IMG/VR virus record: IMGVR_UViG_2974688470_000001
Span: 6,993 to 70,992 of that record
DNA from: a virus
Taxonomy: Duplodnaviria > Caudoviricetes
Strand: one strand, 5' to 3'
DNA length: 64,000 bases
The notes under the pieces are model-generated. The model did not search any database and had not been told where the DNA came from. It saw only the letters and a list, made by a program, of their open reading frames with translations. Below, piece by piece: positions 1 through 10,348 of the stretch (the stretch's first letter is position 1; each line of letters starts with the position of its first letter). The position numbers and the translations under genes are program-made.

Positions 1-37
1 CGCGACTCTCGTCCTGATCGTCTACGTCCTGGCGGTC

Positions 38-400
38 ATGCGCCTGGTGCGGCTGATCAACGGCGACACCATCCTCGACCGGCTCCGGCTCTGGCCAGCG
101 GGCAAGGGGCGCGCCGCCCGCGAGGCGATGCTCCAGGAGTCGGCGATGGGCCACACCGAGAGCGCGGAGCGGTGGCGGGAGTCGATGGGTCGCTGGAACA
201 AGGTGCTCTACTTCATCGAGTGCCCTTGGTGCGTCGGCATGTGGATGAGCTTCGGCACCGCCTGGGCGGCGCTGTTCTTCCATGAGAACGTCATCGTCCG
301 CTACGTCGGCGTGGCCCTGGCCACCTCGCACCTCATCGGCGTGTGCGCTCGCTTCGCCGACACCGAGGAGATCACCATCGAGGACGATGACGACGAGTAG
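38..400 (+). CDS. Membrane protein (DUF1360-like), probably 5'-truncated by window edge
   Basis: Hydrophobic segments with CPWC motif; frame is open back to position 2; sits before portal. Confidence 0.7.
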   Translation: MRLVRLINGDTILDRLRLWPAGKGRAAREAMLQESAMGHTESAERWRESMGRWNKVLYFIECPWCVGMWMSFGTAWAALFFHENVIVRYVGVALATSHLIGVCARFADTEEITIEDDDDE

Positions 401-413
401 CACGGCCAGGCGA

Positions 414-419
414 TAACCT
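414..419 (+). promoter_or_regulatory. -10 hexamer TAACCT, leaderless-type promoter for portal
   Basis: TANNNT 7 nt before ATG 427, no Shine-Dalgarno; same GCGATAACCTGA string precedes tape measure. Confidence 0.6.
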
Positions 420-426
420 GAGCGAC

Positions 427-2307
427 ATGGCTGCCTCCAACCTGCGCGTCACTCGCCGCCCCAAGGGCAGCCCGGCGCGGCGCTCGCTGACCGCCGCCAG
501 CCAGCCGATTGATGACCCGGTAAAGCAGCTGCGCGGCACGATGGTCTCGGCCGGGCGCGGCTCCTGGCAGGTCGAGGCGTGGGACTTGCTCGATGAGGTC
601 GGCGAGCTGCGCTACTACGTCGGATGGCGCGCCGGGAGCTGCTCGCGCGTTCGCCTGGTCGCTTCTGAGATTGACGAGGAGACCGGCCTGCCGACCGGCG
701 GGATTGACGAGGACAGCCGCGAGGCCCAGCGCGTGGCCGAGATCGTGCGGGCCATCGCGGGCGGGCCACTGGGCCAGGCCCAGATGCTCAAGCGCCTCGC
801 GGAGTGCCTCACCGTTCCCGGCGAGGTCTACCTGGCCATCCTGGTGCGCGACGATGGCGAGCACTGGCTCCCGGTCACCCGCGAGGAGATGAAGGCCAAG
901 CCCGGCGGCGGCACCGACATCGAGATGCCCTCCGGCGAGATGCACCACTACAACCCCGGCGTCGATGCGCTGATCCGCATCTGGAACCCCCGGCCCCGGC
1001 GCGCCAAGGAGGCCGACTCCCCGGTGCGCGCCTGCCTCGATCCGCTCCGCGAGATCGTGCGCACATCCAAGAAGATCAAGAACGCCAGCAAGAGCCGCCT
1101 GATGGGCAACGGCGTGCTGATCCTTCCCCAGGAGATGAGCCTGCCCGCGCCCCAGGCCCCGCTCCCGGCTGGCCAGGCGCAGCTCCCCGGCGCGCCGGTC
1201 CCGGTGGTCCAGGGCGTGCCCGCCGCCGAGCAGCTCAACAACCTGCTCTACAACACCGCCAAGGTCGCCGTCGAGGACGAGGACAGCCAGGCGGCGTTCA
1301 TCCCGATCATCGTCACCGCGCCCGGCGACCAGATCAAGAACGTCCAGCACATCAAGCTCGGCAACGATGTGACCGAGGTCGAGATCAAGACCCGCAACGA
1401 CGCCATCGCCCGGCTGGCGATGGGCCTGGATGTCTCGCCCGAGCGGCTCCTGGGCCTCGGGACGAACTCCAATCATTGGAGCGCCTGGCAGATCGGCGAC
1501 GAGGATGTCCAGCTCCACATCAGCCCGGTCATCGAGACCATCTGCGCGGCGATCAACCGCGAGGTGATGCGCATCGTGCTGGCGCGCGAGGGCATCGACC
1601 CCGAGAAGTACATCCTCTGGTACGACGCCAGTCAGCTCACCGTGGACCCCGACAAGACCGACGAGGCCACCGCGGCGAAGGAGGCCGGGGCGATCAACAA
1701 CGAGGCATACCGGCGCTACCTGGGCCTGGGCGACGAGGACGGCTACGACTTCTCGACGCTCGATGGCTGGAAGGTCTGGGCGCAGGACGCCGTGGCCAAG
1801 AACCCCGAGCTGATCGTGACCCTGCTCCCGCTCCTGGATGCCAATGTCCAGGCGCTCGACTTCCCACAGCCGCAGGCGCTCCCAGCTGGCGGCAACGATC
1901 CCAACGCCGAGGAGGAGGACGACTCCGGCGCGGATCAGCAGAGCGAGCCGAACACCGAGGACGATGCCGAGGCTGCCGCCGCTCTCACCAGGCCCGCCTT
2001 GCCCGCTGAGATGATCCTGGCCGAGCGGATGCTGGTCACCAGGGCGCTGGAGCTGGCGGGCAAGCGCCGCGCCAATACCAACGCGCTCAAGAGCCGCCTG
2101 AGCGGTCTCCCGGCCCACGACTACCACCGCGTGCTCGGCCCGGTGCCCGAGACCGACATCGCGCGGCTCACCTCGGGCTGGGACATCGCGCTGGAGGATC
2201 ACGCCATCTCGATGCTCGGGCTGGACACCGAGGAGCTGCGCGCTCGCGCTCGCCAGGCCATCCGCCGCGAGCTGACCGCGCCAGTGATCGACGCGGAGGT
2301 CTCCTGA
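427..2307 (+). CDS. Portal protein
   Basis: 626 aa, position before protease and capsid; VGELRYYVGW, VPGE and NHWSAW motifs typical of actinophage portals. Confidence 0.85.
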   Translation: MAASNLRVTRRPKGSPARRSLTAASQPIDDPVKQLRGTMVSAGRGSWQVEAWDLLDEVGELRYYVGWRAGSCSRVRLVASEIDEETGLPTGGIDEDSREAQRVAEIVRAIAGGPLGQAQMLKRLAECLTVPGEVYLAILVRDDGEHWLPVTREEMKAKPGGGTDIEMPSGEMHHYNPGVDALIRIWNPRPRRAKEADSPVRACLDPLREIVRTSKKIKNASKSRLMGNGVLILPQEMSLPAPQAPLPAGQAQLPGAPVPVVQGVPAAEQLNNLLYNTAKVAVEDEDSQAAFIPIIVTAPGDQIKNVQHIKLGNDVTEVEIKTRNDAIARLAMGLDVSPERLLGLGTNSNHWSAWQIGDEDVQLHISPVIETICAAINREVMRIVLAREGIDPEKYILWYDASQLTVDPDKTDEATAAKEAGAINNEAYRRYLGLGDEDGYDFSTLDGWKVWAQDAVAKNPELIVTLLPLLDANVQALDFPQPQALPAGGNDPNAEEEDDSGADQQSEPNTEDDAEAAAALTRPALPAEMILAERMLVTRALELAGKRRANTNALKSRLSGLPAHDYHRVLGPVPETDIARLTSGWDIALEDHAISMLGLDTEELRARARQAIRRELTAPVIDAEVS

Positions 2308-4766
2308 TGTTTCCCGAGAGGGGCGAGGCCCTCAACCGAACGATCGAGTTCGAGGCCGCGCTCGCCGAGGTCTACATGGACGTGCTCAACGGATGGGTGG
2401 CCCATGTGCGCCCGCTCGTTCTGCCTTCGCTGACGGCGGCTGGAGAACTCCCGCCTGACCCGGCGGCTCTCGATCAAAACGCCGGGGCCTTGGATCAACC
2501 CTCTGGCGAGTTGATCCTAGCAGTGCTTGCAACTCTATGGGCATTGTCACTGGTAGAGACCTCAGAAGCTCTTGAAATTAGTTTGCCAGAGCTTCCCGAT
2601 TTGATCCCCCAACTGCCCAGGGAAGTGCTCCGCCCTGTTACCTCGACTTCTGACCTCTCGGCGCGCCGCGTTCGGGAAGCTGTGGCGGTGATCGAGGCCG
2701 ACGACGATCTGCGCATGGCCCGCGACGATTTCATCGAGACCCAGCGGGAGCGAGTGGAGTCGGTCCCGGCCCTGGTCCGCGAGAAGGTCGAGGCGGCGGT
2801 GGCCGAGGCCCGGCCAGCCGCGCCGGAGGGCGAGCCGGAGATCACCGTCAGCGTCGAGCAGATGACCGCCGCTCAGCGCGAGGCAGCGGCGGCGGTGCTC
2901 AGCCCAGGCTCGCCGGAGCTGCGCGAGGTCGCGCGCTACGAGGGATACCAGGCCGCAGGCGTCCAGAACGCGGCGGTCATCGCGGCGGCGGCGCGCTCGG
3001 AGGATGAGCTGGACAAGGTGTGGATCGCCACGATTGACGGCAAGACCCGCCCCACCCACTTCGCCGCAGACGGCCAGCGAGCACCCCTGGCCGGTACTTT
3101 CAGCATCGGGAACGAGCCTCTGCGATACCCCGGCGATCCGGCCGGGCCAGCCAAGGAGGTTCGCAACTGCCGGTGCCGCGTCGGCGTGCTCGCGCTCGAT
3201 GAGGACATACCGGATGAGATCGACCGGCACACCGAGCGCCTGGGTGGCCGCGACAGCGTGCAGATCAACCGCGAGGGCAGCCAAGCGGACGAGATCGAGC
3301 GCCGGGCCAGGAACGGCACGGTGCGCGCGAGAGATGACGAGGACGGCGTAGGCCGGACAGCAGCGGGCGGCTGGATCGCCCCGAGTGATCAGGAGTACGA
3401 CATGCCCAAGCCCGCAGCGCCGACTACCGGCCCGGCCACCGCCACGCTGGCGGCGGAGGAGACCGAGGGCGAGCTGTTCCGCACCTTCACCGACCAGCCC
3501 ATCGCCTTTGTCGGGATCGAGACCTCGGACGGCCGGATGCTCGCGGCCGACATCGACCTCTCGTTCCGCACCTTCCCGCTGCCGGTCATGTGGGTCAAGC
3601 AGACCGGCTACGGCCATGAGGACGCCTACACCGTGGGCGTGATCGAGAGCGCCCGCATCGACGGCGAGCGGGTGCTCGGCTCGGGCTACATCCTCAACAC
3701 GCCCGAGGCCGACGAGGCTGCCGGGCTGCTGGAGCACACGGCCACCCGGCCGAGCGTGGACCTGGCCAGGACCGAGTGGCGGCTGGTCGATGAGGACGGC
3801 AACGAGATCACCGAGGAGCAGTGGTGGGACATGCCGATGGATGCCAAGATCATCCAGCAGATCACCGCCGCCGAGCTGATCGGCACGACGCTCGTCGCCA
3901 CCCCCGCCTTCGGCGACACGATGATCGCTCTCAACGCCGAGCGCGAGTCCCGAGACGCCGCGCTGGTCGCAGCCGCCGCTGACGAGTTCCGGCCGCGCGT
4001 GTACTCCGCGAGCTTCTTCGCCAACCCCGGCCTGACCGAGCCGACCCAGATCACGATGGACGACTCCGGCCACATCTTCGGCCACCTGGCGTGCTTCGGC
4101 TCCTGCCATCGCTCGATCCAGGCGGCGTGCGTGATGGCTCCCCGCTCGCCCTCGGACTACTCGATGTTCCACACCTCCCCGGCGGTGCGCCTGGACGACG
4201 GCACCTCGATCCCGGTCGGGCGGCTCACGGTCGGTACCGGCCACGCGCCGGACTCCTACGCGGGCGCTCCGGCTAAGGCCCACTACGACAACACCGGCAC
4301 TTGCTTCGCCCTGGTGCGCGCTGGCGAGGATGAGCACGGCATCTGGGTCTCCGGCGTGGCCGCGCCCTGGGCCACCCCCGAGCAGATCGAGGAGGGCCTG
4401 GCGGCTCCGCTGAGCGGCGACTGGCGCGACTTCGGCCGGGGCCTGGACCTCATCGCCGCCCTGGCGGTCAACACTCCAGGGTTCGCCGTTCGGGGCCGCA
4501 GCGGGGCCGAGGGCCAGCCGGTGGCGCTGGTCGCTTCTCTGGGGCCGGACCCGCGCTCGACTCCGCGCAGCGAGGCTCTCAGCGCCGAGGCCATCGGCTC
4601 CATCGTGGAGCAGGCCGTGGCGCGGGCCTACGCCAAGCGCGAGACCGACGCCGAGCTGGCCGGGCTGATGGCTGCCGCCAACGAGAAGGTCGGCCCGCCG
4701 CCAGCGCCCAAGAGCCAGGAGGACGAGCTGGCCGAGCTGCTGGCCCGCGCCGGTAGCCTGAGCTGA
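2307..4766 (+). CDS. MuF-like minor head protein / capsid maturation protease fusion
   Basis: KVWIATIDGKTRPTH...NCRC MuF motif followed by a protease-like domain; between portal and capsid. Confidence 0.85.
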   Translation: MFPERGEALNRTIEFEAALAEVYMDVLNGWVAHVRPLVLPSLTAAGELPPDPAALDQNAGALDQPSGELILAVLATLWALSLVETSEALEISLPELPDLIPQLPREVLRPVTSTSDLSARRVREAVAVIEADDDLRMARDDFIETQRERVESVPALVREKVEAAVAEARPAAPEGEPEITVSVEQMTAAQREAAAAVLSPGSPELREVARYEGYQAAGVQNAAVIAAAARSEDELDKVWIATIDGKTRPTHFAADGQRAPLAGTFSIGNEPLRYPGDPAGPAKEVRNCRCRVGVLALDEDIPDEIDRHTERLGGRDSVQINREGSQADEIERRARNGTVRARDDEDGVGRTAAGGWIAPSDQEYDMPKPAAPTTGPATATLAAEETEGELFRTFTDQPIAFVGIETSDGRMLAADIDLSFRTFPLPVMWVKQTGYGHEDAYTVGVIESARIDGERVLGSGYILNTPEADEAAGLLEHTATRPSVDLARTEWRLVDEDGNEITEEQWWDMPMDAKIIQQITAAELIGTTLVATPAFGDTMIALNAERESRDAALVAAAADEFRPRVYSASFFANPGLTEPTQITMDDSGHIFGHLACFGSCHRSIQAACVMAPRSPSDYSMFHTSPAVRLDDGTSIPVGRLTVGTGHAPDSYAGAPAKAHYDNTGTCFALVRAGEDEHGIWVSGVAAPWATPEQIEEGLAAPLSGDWRDFGRGLDLIAALAVNTPGFAVRGRSGAEGQPVALVASLGPDPRSTPRSEALSAEAIGSIVEQAVARAYAKRETDAELAGLMAAANEKVGPPPAPKSQEDELAELLARAGSLS

Positions 4767-4996
4767 TGGGCTGCAACTGCGGCGGGCGCACCGCGGCGAA
4801 CTCCTCGGACACGCTCGGCTATTACGTCACGCTGCCGGATGGCACCGTGCTCCCGAGCGGGTTCGATCCGGCCGACCCCGAGGGCGCGGTGCCGCCCTAC
4901 TTTGGCTACTACGAGGCCCGCAATCAGATCGTGCTCAACGGCGGCGGCACCGTGCGGCGCGCCAAGCGCCAGCCCGCCGAGGTCGCTCCCGCGTAG
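4766..4996 (+). CDS. Small head-region protein
   Basis: TGATG coupling; N-terminal MGCNCGG. Confidence 0.75.
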   Translation: MGCNCGGRTAANSSDTLGYYVTLPDGTVLPSGFDPADPEGAVPPYFGYYEARNQIVLNGGGTVRRAKRQPAEVAPA

Positions 4997-5105
4997 GGTC
5001 TGCACGCCTGTCGGCTAGCTTTCCAGAGCAGAGAGTTCTGCTCCGCGCTATGTGCCGAGGACGCTCGCCGATACCAACGTGTTCGATCCGAACGAGGAGA
5101 TCGCA

Positions 5106-6953
5106 GTGACTTCCCATAAGCCGCTCGCGCCGCGCCTGATCCGCCTCCACGGCGTCGGTCAGTTCACCACGGCGACCCGGTTCCAACTGCCGGAGACCCT
5201 GCCCGAGACCGTGGCCGAGCTGGATACCCTGCTCGACGCCGCGCGGGCCGAGGTCCACGTCTACGAGGCCCAGCACGCTGCTGGCCGCGAGCTGTCGGCC
5301 GAGGACATCGCCGCGCTGCGCGATCTCGTCGGCGAGAACGGTGCCATCGACCAGCTCCAGGCCGCGCGCGATACCGCCGCTGCCGCCGAGGCTGACCACA
5401 CCGAGGAGCTGAATGGCCTTCTCTCGCGTGCGGCCAGCCAGCGCCAGGCTCCGGCCGGTTCCGCCCCAGAGGGCGAGCCGGGCGAGGGTGACGGCGATGG
5501 CGACGGCGAGGGTGACGGCGACGGCGAGGGCGAGGAGGGCACCCCCGAGGGCCAGCCAGCCGAGCAGAGCCAGGAGGCGGCGGTCACCGCTGGCGCTCCG
5601 AGCAATGGCGCTCAGCGGCCGGTGACCTTCGCCGGGGCGCAGGCCGGTAATCCGCCGCCCGCGCCGACGCCCATCGAGCCGGGCTGGAACATGCACCCCG
5701 GCGCGCCGGGCTACCAGGCCAATCAGGGCCGGGTCGGGTTCCGCGACATCGCGCTGAGCCTCGACCGCATCCGGCCGGGCAGCCGCGCCGCGATCCGGCC
5801 GAACCGCCCGAACAAGACGATGGACGGGATGGAGTTCGCCCGCCAGGTCGTCGCCAGCCTGGATCGCCAGGTGGAGGTCGTGGACGATCCGCACGCGCTC
5901 GTCGCGGCGATCACCGCTGCCACCAGCTCGCGCAACCTGACCGAGCCGACCTACAACGAGCGTGGCTCGCTGACGGCGGCTGGCGGCTGGTGCGCGCCCT
6001 CGGAGCAGCTGTACGACTTCTGCGACGTGCCCGACGCGACCGATCTGGTCTCCATGCCGGAGATCACGATCAACCGGGGCGGCATCCGCTGGCCCCGCGA
6101 GCCTGACTTGTCGGGCATCTTCGAGGACTTCGAGTGGTTCTTCACCGAGGCCGAGCTGGAGGCGACCGATCCGGTCACCGGCGAGCCGACCGCGGTCAAG
6201 ACCTGCGTCGAGATTCCCTGCCCCGATCAGTTCGATGAGATTCGTCTCAACGCCGTGGGCTGGTGCGTCGAGAGCGGCATCCTCCAGGAGCAGGGTTGGC
6301 CGGAGCTGTCCGAGTGGTTCATGCGCAACCTCACGCAGGAGCACCTGCGCGCGCTGAGCCGCCGGACGATCCTCGATGTGGTCGCCGGTTCCGGCGCGCC
6401 CATCGTGATCCCGCCGACCTCGGTCCTCGGCTCGGTGCCTTCGGTGCTCAACAGCCTCGCGCTGGTGGCGACGAACATCCGGCTCAAGAGGGGCCTGGCC
6501 CGCACGGCGACCATCGAGGGCATCGCGCCGTCGTGGTTCCATGAGGTGCTGCGCGCCGATCTCGCCATGCGCGAGGGCACCGACGTGTTCGCCATCACCG
6601 ACGCGGCCATCAACGGCTGGCTGAGCGCGCGCAACATCGCGCTCCAGTTCGTCGGCGACTGGCAGACGCGCGGCGCTGGTCTGCCGGGCAATCTGGGCAC
6701 CCTGGTGTGGCCGGAGACCGTGGACATCGCGCTGTACCCGGCGGGCACTTGGTTCCGCTCGATGAGCAACGTGATCGAGCTGGGCGTCATGTACCCCAAG
6801 GAGCAGCTCCAGGTGAACCGCTTCACGCGGATGTTCACCGAGGACGCCATCGCCGTGGGTAAGCGGTGCGGCGAGTCGGTCATCGTCCGCGTGCCGCTCA
6901 ACGTCAGCGGTGCTGTCGGCGAGCGCGCCCTGGCGACCAACGTCACGCCGTAA
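5106..6953 (+). CDS. Major capsid (hexamer) protein with N-terminal scaffold-like extension
   Basis: GAGGAG before GTG 5106; helical acidic N-terminus, LTAAGGWCAPSEQLYD motif; follows protease. Confidence 0.85.
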   Translation: MTSHKPLAPRLIRLHGVGQFTTATRFQLPETLPETVAELDTLLDAARAEVHVYEAQHAAGRELSAEDIAALRDLVGENGAIDQLQAARDTAAAAEADHTEELNGLLSRAASQRQAPAGSAPEGEPGEGDGDGDGEGDGDGEGEEGTPEGQPAEQSQEAAVTAGAPSNGAQRPVTFAGAQAGNPPPAPTPIEPGWNMHPGAPGYQANQGRVGFRDIALSLDRIRPGSRAAIRPNRPNKTMDGMEFARQVVASLDRQVEVVDDPHALVAAITAATSSRNLTEPTYNERGSLTAAGGWCAPSEQLYDFCDVPDATDLVSMPEITINRGGIRWPREPDLSGIFEDFEWFFTEAELEATDPVTGEPTAVKTCVEIPCPDQFDEIRLNAVGWCVESGILQEQGWPELSEWFMRNLTQEHLRALSRRTILDVVAGSGAPIVIPPTSVLGSVPSVLNSLALVATNIRLKRGLARTATIEGIAPSWFHEVLRADLAMREGTDVFAITDAAINGWLSARNIALQFVGDWQTRGAGLPGNLGTLVWPETVDIALYPAGTWFRSMSNVIELGVMYPKEQLQVNRFTRMFTEDAIAVGKRCGESVIVRVPLNVSGAVGERALATNVTP

Positions 6954-6975
6954 GGCTGGCCGCGAGTAGCAGACT

Positions 6976-7024
6976 GAAGGCGGTGAACGTGAGCAACCCG
7001 AGGCCGCTCACGTTCGCCGCCTTC
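6976..7024 (+). terminator. Stem-loop after capsid gene (terminator or attenuator)
   Basis: GAAGGCGGTGAACGTGAGC...GCTCACGTTCGCCGCCTTC inverted repeat followed by a pyrimidine tract. Confidence 0.65.
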
Positions 7025-7047
7025 TTCGCTTCTACCTGGAGGATCAC

Positions 7048-7839
7048 ATGACCACCCCCACCCTGGTCGAGCCGACGCCGGTTCTGGCGGCGATGACCTA
7101 TGACCCGCCGCTGCTCAACCCGACCGCCTATGGCCTGTACGCGGTCACCGACTGGCAGCCCGAGGGCGAGTCGCGCTGGCTCAACGGCGTGGAGTTCCGG
7201 CCCACCGGGAACTACTCCGACCAGCTGGCCTCCGGCCTCTGGGGCGGGGCCTGGTGCGGCGAGCCGGAGGCCGGGATGCTCAAGACCGGCGAGCGGCCGG
7301 GCATCCCCGAGGTGTTCCAGGCCATGACGGTCTGGGCCTACGACGAGTGCGATCTCACCGCGCAGAGCCGCGCCGAGGTCGAGAAGCGCGCCGCCCAGAT
7401 TCTCCGCATGGAGGAGCAATACCTGGTCGAGCGCGAGTTCGCCGAGCGGCTCAAGCTCGACGCCGCCGACCTGGGCGCTCCCCAGACCGCCACCAGCCTC
7501 AAGGCGGCGGTGGGCTATCTGGAGGGCGCGATGGCCATCGCCGGGGCGGTGGGCTACTTCCATGTCGGCGCTCAGTGGGCCAGCCAGGAGTTCGGCCTGT
7601 TCACCAAGCAGGGCACCAAGTTCGTCAGCCCGCTGGGCAATATCTGGGTCGTCGGCGGCGGTTACGTCGAGGGCCTGGACGACATGATCGTGGCCACCAG
7701 CCAGCCGGTCGGCTGGCGCGATGCGCCCACGACACGCACCGCCATCGCCGAGCGCGAGAACATCTTCGCTGCCGTCGCTGAGCGTAGCGTCAACATCGGC
7801 TACGAGGCGGCGGTCGCCGCCGTGACCATCACACCGTAA
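7048..7839 (+). CDS. Second capsid protein (putative pentamer protein)
   Basis: GGAGG RBS; directly after major capsid, as in cluster B-type phages; role from synteny. Confidence 0.6.
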   Translation: MTTPTLVEPTPVLAAMTYDPPLLNPTAYGLYAVTDWQPEGESRWLNGVEFRPTGNYSDQLASGLWGGAWCGEPEAGMLKTGERPGIPEVFQAMTVWAYDECDLTAQSRAEVEKRAAQILRMEEQYLVEREFAERLKLDAADLGAPQTATSLKAAVGYLEGAMAIAGAVGYFHVGAQWASQEFGLFTKQGTKFVSPLGNIWVVGGGYVEGLDDMIVATSQPVGWRDAPTTRTAIAERENIFAAVAERSVNIGYEAAVAAVTITP

Positions 7840-7852
7840 GGAGCTGGAGATC

Positions 7853-8854
7853 ATGCCAGAAGGCATCCTCGCCACCGTCGATGACGGGTTCGCCACCATC
7901 GACTTCGTGGACCCCGCCCTGCGCGGTCCCGCGCTCGCGCAGCTGGTCGAGCTGGGCGGCGCGTCGAGCATCGAGACCATCACCCGCGTCGGCCCGCGCC
8001 GCCAGTACCGAGTGCCCGAGGGCAATGCTCGGGAGGTCGGCCTCCTGGACGAGGCGACCGGCGAGCACGCTCGCGGCGCGGTCGATCACTCCGAGGAGGA
8101 CGCGGCGCTCGATCCCGAGGGCGGCGTGCGTGGCGCGTTCACCCCAGGCAACGCTGGCGTCGATACCGGCGCGGCGGCGGCGCTCAAGGCGGCGAACCCG
8201 AACACCAACGCCACCCCGGCCAACGCGGGCGACTGGCACACGCCGACCGCCGAGTACACCTCGGAGAACAAGTACGTCGGGACCACCTCCGCCGCCGAGG
8301 AGCGCGCGCTGGCTCCCAGCCCGTTCACCGGCTCGGCGACGAGTCACGGTGGCTCCAACGCGGCGGAGACCCCGACCCATCGTGAGGTCATCGACCGGGT
8401 GAAGGAGTTCAAGCAGGCCAACCCCAAGGGCGCTCCTCGGGGCGAGGCGGCTCCTCACGCTCCGGTCCAGGCGCTCAACACCGGGCTGAAGGACCGCGAC
8501 AGCGCGCTGGCCGACGATCCCGGCGCTCGGCCGGACGAGGGCGGGGCGGTGCGCGGCACCACCTACTCGACTCCGCAGAGCCAGCGCGCCGAGGGCGCTC
8601 AGATCAGCCAGGAGGCGCGAGGCGGCTCCAGGGCGGCAGAGGTGCCCGGCGCGGCCGACAGCGGCTCTCAGGAGGCCGCTGGCGGCACCACTCCGCCCGA
8701 TACCGAGGACGTGGTGGAGTATCCCGAGGGCGAGCCGTCCGATAAGTGGCGGCGCGACGAGCTGGACGCTTACGCCCTCAAGGTCAAGAGCCTCGACACC
8801 TCCGGTTTGGGCAGCAAGGCCGAGGTGCTCAAGGCCATCCAGAAGGGGAAGTGA
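7853..8854 (+). CDS. Head-associated hypothetical protein
   Basis: AAGGAG/GGAG RBS; low-complexity middle; short helical C-terminal domain. Confidence 0.7.
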   Translation: MPEGILATVDDGFATIDFVDPALRGPALAQLVELGGASSIETITRVGPRRQYRVPEGNAREVGLLDEATGEHARGAVDHSEEDAALDPEGGVRGAFTPGNAGVDTGAAAALKAANPNTNATPANAGDWHTPTAEYTSENKYVGTTSAAEERALAPSPFTGSATSHGGSNAAETPTHREVIDRVKEFKQANPKGAPRGEAAPHAPVQALNTGLKDRDSALADDPGARPDEGGAVRGTTYSTPQSQRAEGAQISQEARGGSRAAEVPGAADSGSQEAAGGTTPPDTEDVVEYPEGEPSDKWRRDELDAYALKVKSLDTSGLGSKAEVLKAIQKGK

Positions 8855-9378
8855 TGACCAGTCATCAGGGCCTCCGCGCCCGCCTCCAGGGGTGGATTCC
8901 ACCCACCTGGCGTGAGGCCGGATACAGAGTCGTATCCGGCGTGCTGACGTTCCTCACCGGCTACGGCATCCTCGACGGCAACAACGCCGTGCTGTGGAGC
9001 CAGCTGGCCATCGGAACGATCACCAGCTTGTTCGCGCTCCTCTACGCGACCAGCTCGGCACGCGCGGCTCTCTACGCGATCGTTGGCCCTCTCGGCGCTG
9101 TGCTGATGGCCTACGGCATCATCCAGGACGAGAAGATGGCGGTCATAAGCGCCGCCCTGGCCCAGGTGTTCGGCATCGCCACGGCGGCTGCCAAGACCGT
9201 CGAGCTGGCTCCGGTCAACCCGGCGCTGAGCGGCCATCCGACCACGATTGCTACCACCGGGCCATCGCCCACTCACGTCGCTGTTTCGGTCGGCTCACCC
9301 AAGCAGGCCACCGCGGTTCGCAAGGCTCGCAGAGCTTCGCCGCGCCGCCGGGCCTCGCGGCGAGCCGCGACGGGCTGA
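8854..9378 (+). CDS. Holin-like membrane protein
   Basis: ATG coupled to upstream TGA; about four hydrophobic helices in two repeats and a basic C-terminal tail. Confidence 0.6.
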   Translation: MTSHQGLRARLQGWIPPTWREAGYRVVSGVLTFLTGYGILDGNNAVLWSQLAIGTITSLFALLYATSSARAALYAIVGPLGAVLMAYGIIQDEKMAVISAALAQVFGIATAAAKTVELAPVNPALSGHPTTIATTGPSPTHVAVSVGSPKQATAVRKARRASPRRRASRRAATG

Positions 9379-9842
9379 TGACCGTGGCACCGCGCGAGGA
9401 GCGGCTGGCTCGGGCCGACGCTCTCGCGCGGCGAATGGAGCGCCTGGAGGAGTTCGCCCAGGTCGTGACGGTCCTCCTTGCCATCATCCCGACCGCGTAT
9501 GGAGTGCTCACATGGGTTTACGGAGTGGAGCTGTGGAACGACAGCTCGATCTATCAGACGGCGCTGGAAGCGCCGGGAGCGCCGCAGAGCTGGGGCGCGG
9601 CGATGGTCATCCTCGGCGTGCTCACCGCCATCTCCGGCTGGCGAGCGCACAACCGCTGCTTGATGATCACCACCGGGCTGACGGCGCTGCTCCTGGCGAT
9701 GTTCATGGCGATGTTCCTCACCGAGTTCATCCAGCACACCGACCGGGAGGGCGCACTCGCGCCTGCCATGATCTACGCCGTGCTCTCGATGTGTTTCCTC
9801 GCTCGCTCCAGGATGGCCTGGTCCTCGCAAAGGGATGGCTGA
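9378..9842 (+). CDS. Membrane protein
   Basis: TGATG coupling; about four hydrophobic segments. Confidence 0.75.
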   Translation: MTVAPREERLARADALARRMERLEEFAQVVTVLLAIIPTAYGVLTWVYGVELWNDSSIYQTALEAPGAPQSWGAAMVILGVLTAISGWRAHNRCLMITTGLTALLLAMFMAMFLTEFIQHTDREGALAPAMIYAVLSMCFLARSRMAWSSQRDG

Positions 9843-10348
9843 TGGCATCACGTCTGCGGGTGGGGCGCTGGCTCGCTCACACCCGGTTCGTCCCGACCCC
9901 GCTGTACCGGCTGATCCTGGTCGCGGCGGTCATCAGCTCGGTGCTCCAGCTGGTGTTCGGCGCGCCGGTCAGCGTGAGCGCCGTGGCCCGCTCGGAGAGC
10001 TTCTCCTGGGCGTTCGTCGCGCTCCAGCTGGCCGGGGCCGTGCTGGCGCTGATCGGTCTCTACCTGGTCGAGGGCGAGTCTCCGCCGCCCTGGACCACCA
10101 CCGGGCCGGACATCGCCGCCGCTGAGCGCGCCAAGATCAACCCCGAGAAGCTCCACCGCTCGCTGAGCATCGAGCTGCTCGGGCTGATCTTCTTGCAGAC
10201 CGTGATCGCCGTCCAGCTGGCGGCGAGTGCGTTCGACCAGGGGCGCATCCCATCGAGCCTGGCCATCTGGGTGCTGGCCGTGTTCTGGGGGTGGAGCTTC
10301 TTCCGTGACCGCGACATCCTGCGGGCGATGCGGAAGCTCACGCGATGA
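9842..10348 (+). CDS. Membrane protein
   Basis: TGATG coupling; about four hydrophobic segments. Confidence 0.75.
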   Translation: MASRLRVGRWLAHTRFVPTPLYRLILVAAVISSVLQLVFGAPVSVSAVARSESFSWAFVALQLAGAVLALIGLYLVEGESPPPWTTTGPDIAAAERAKINPEKLHRSLSIELLGLIFLQTVIAVQLAASAFDQGRIPSSLAIWVLAVFWGWSFFRDRDILRAMRKLTR

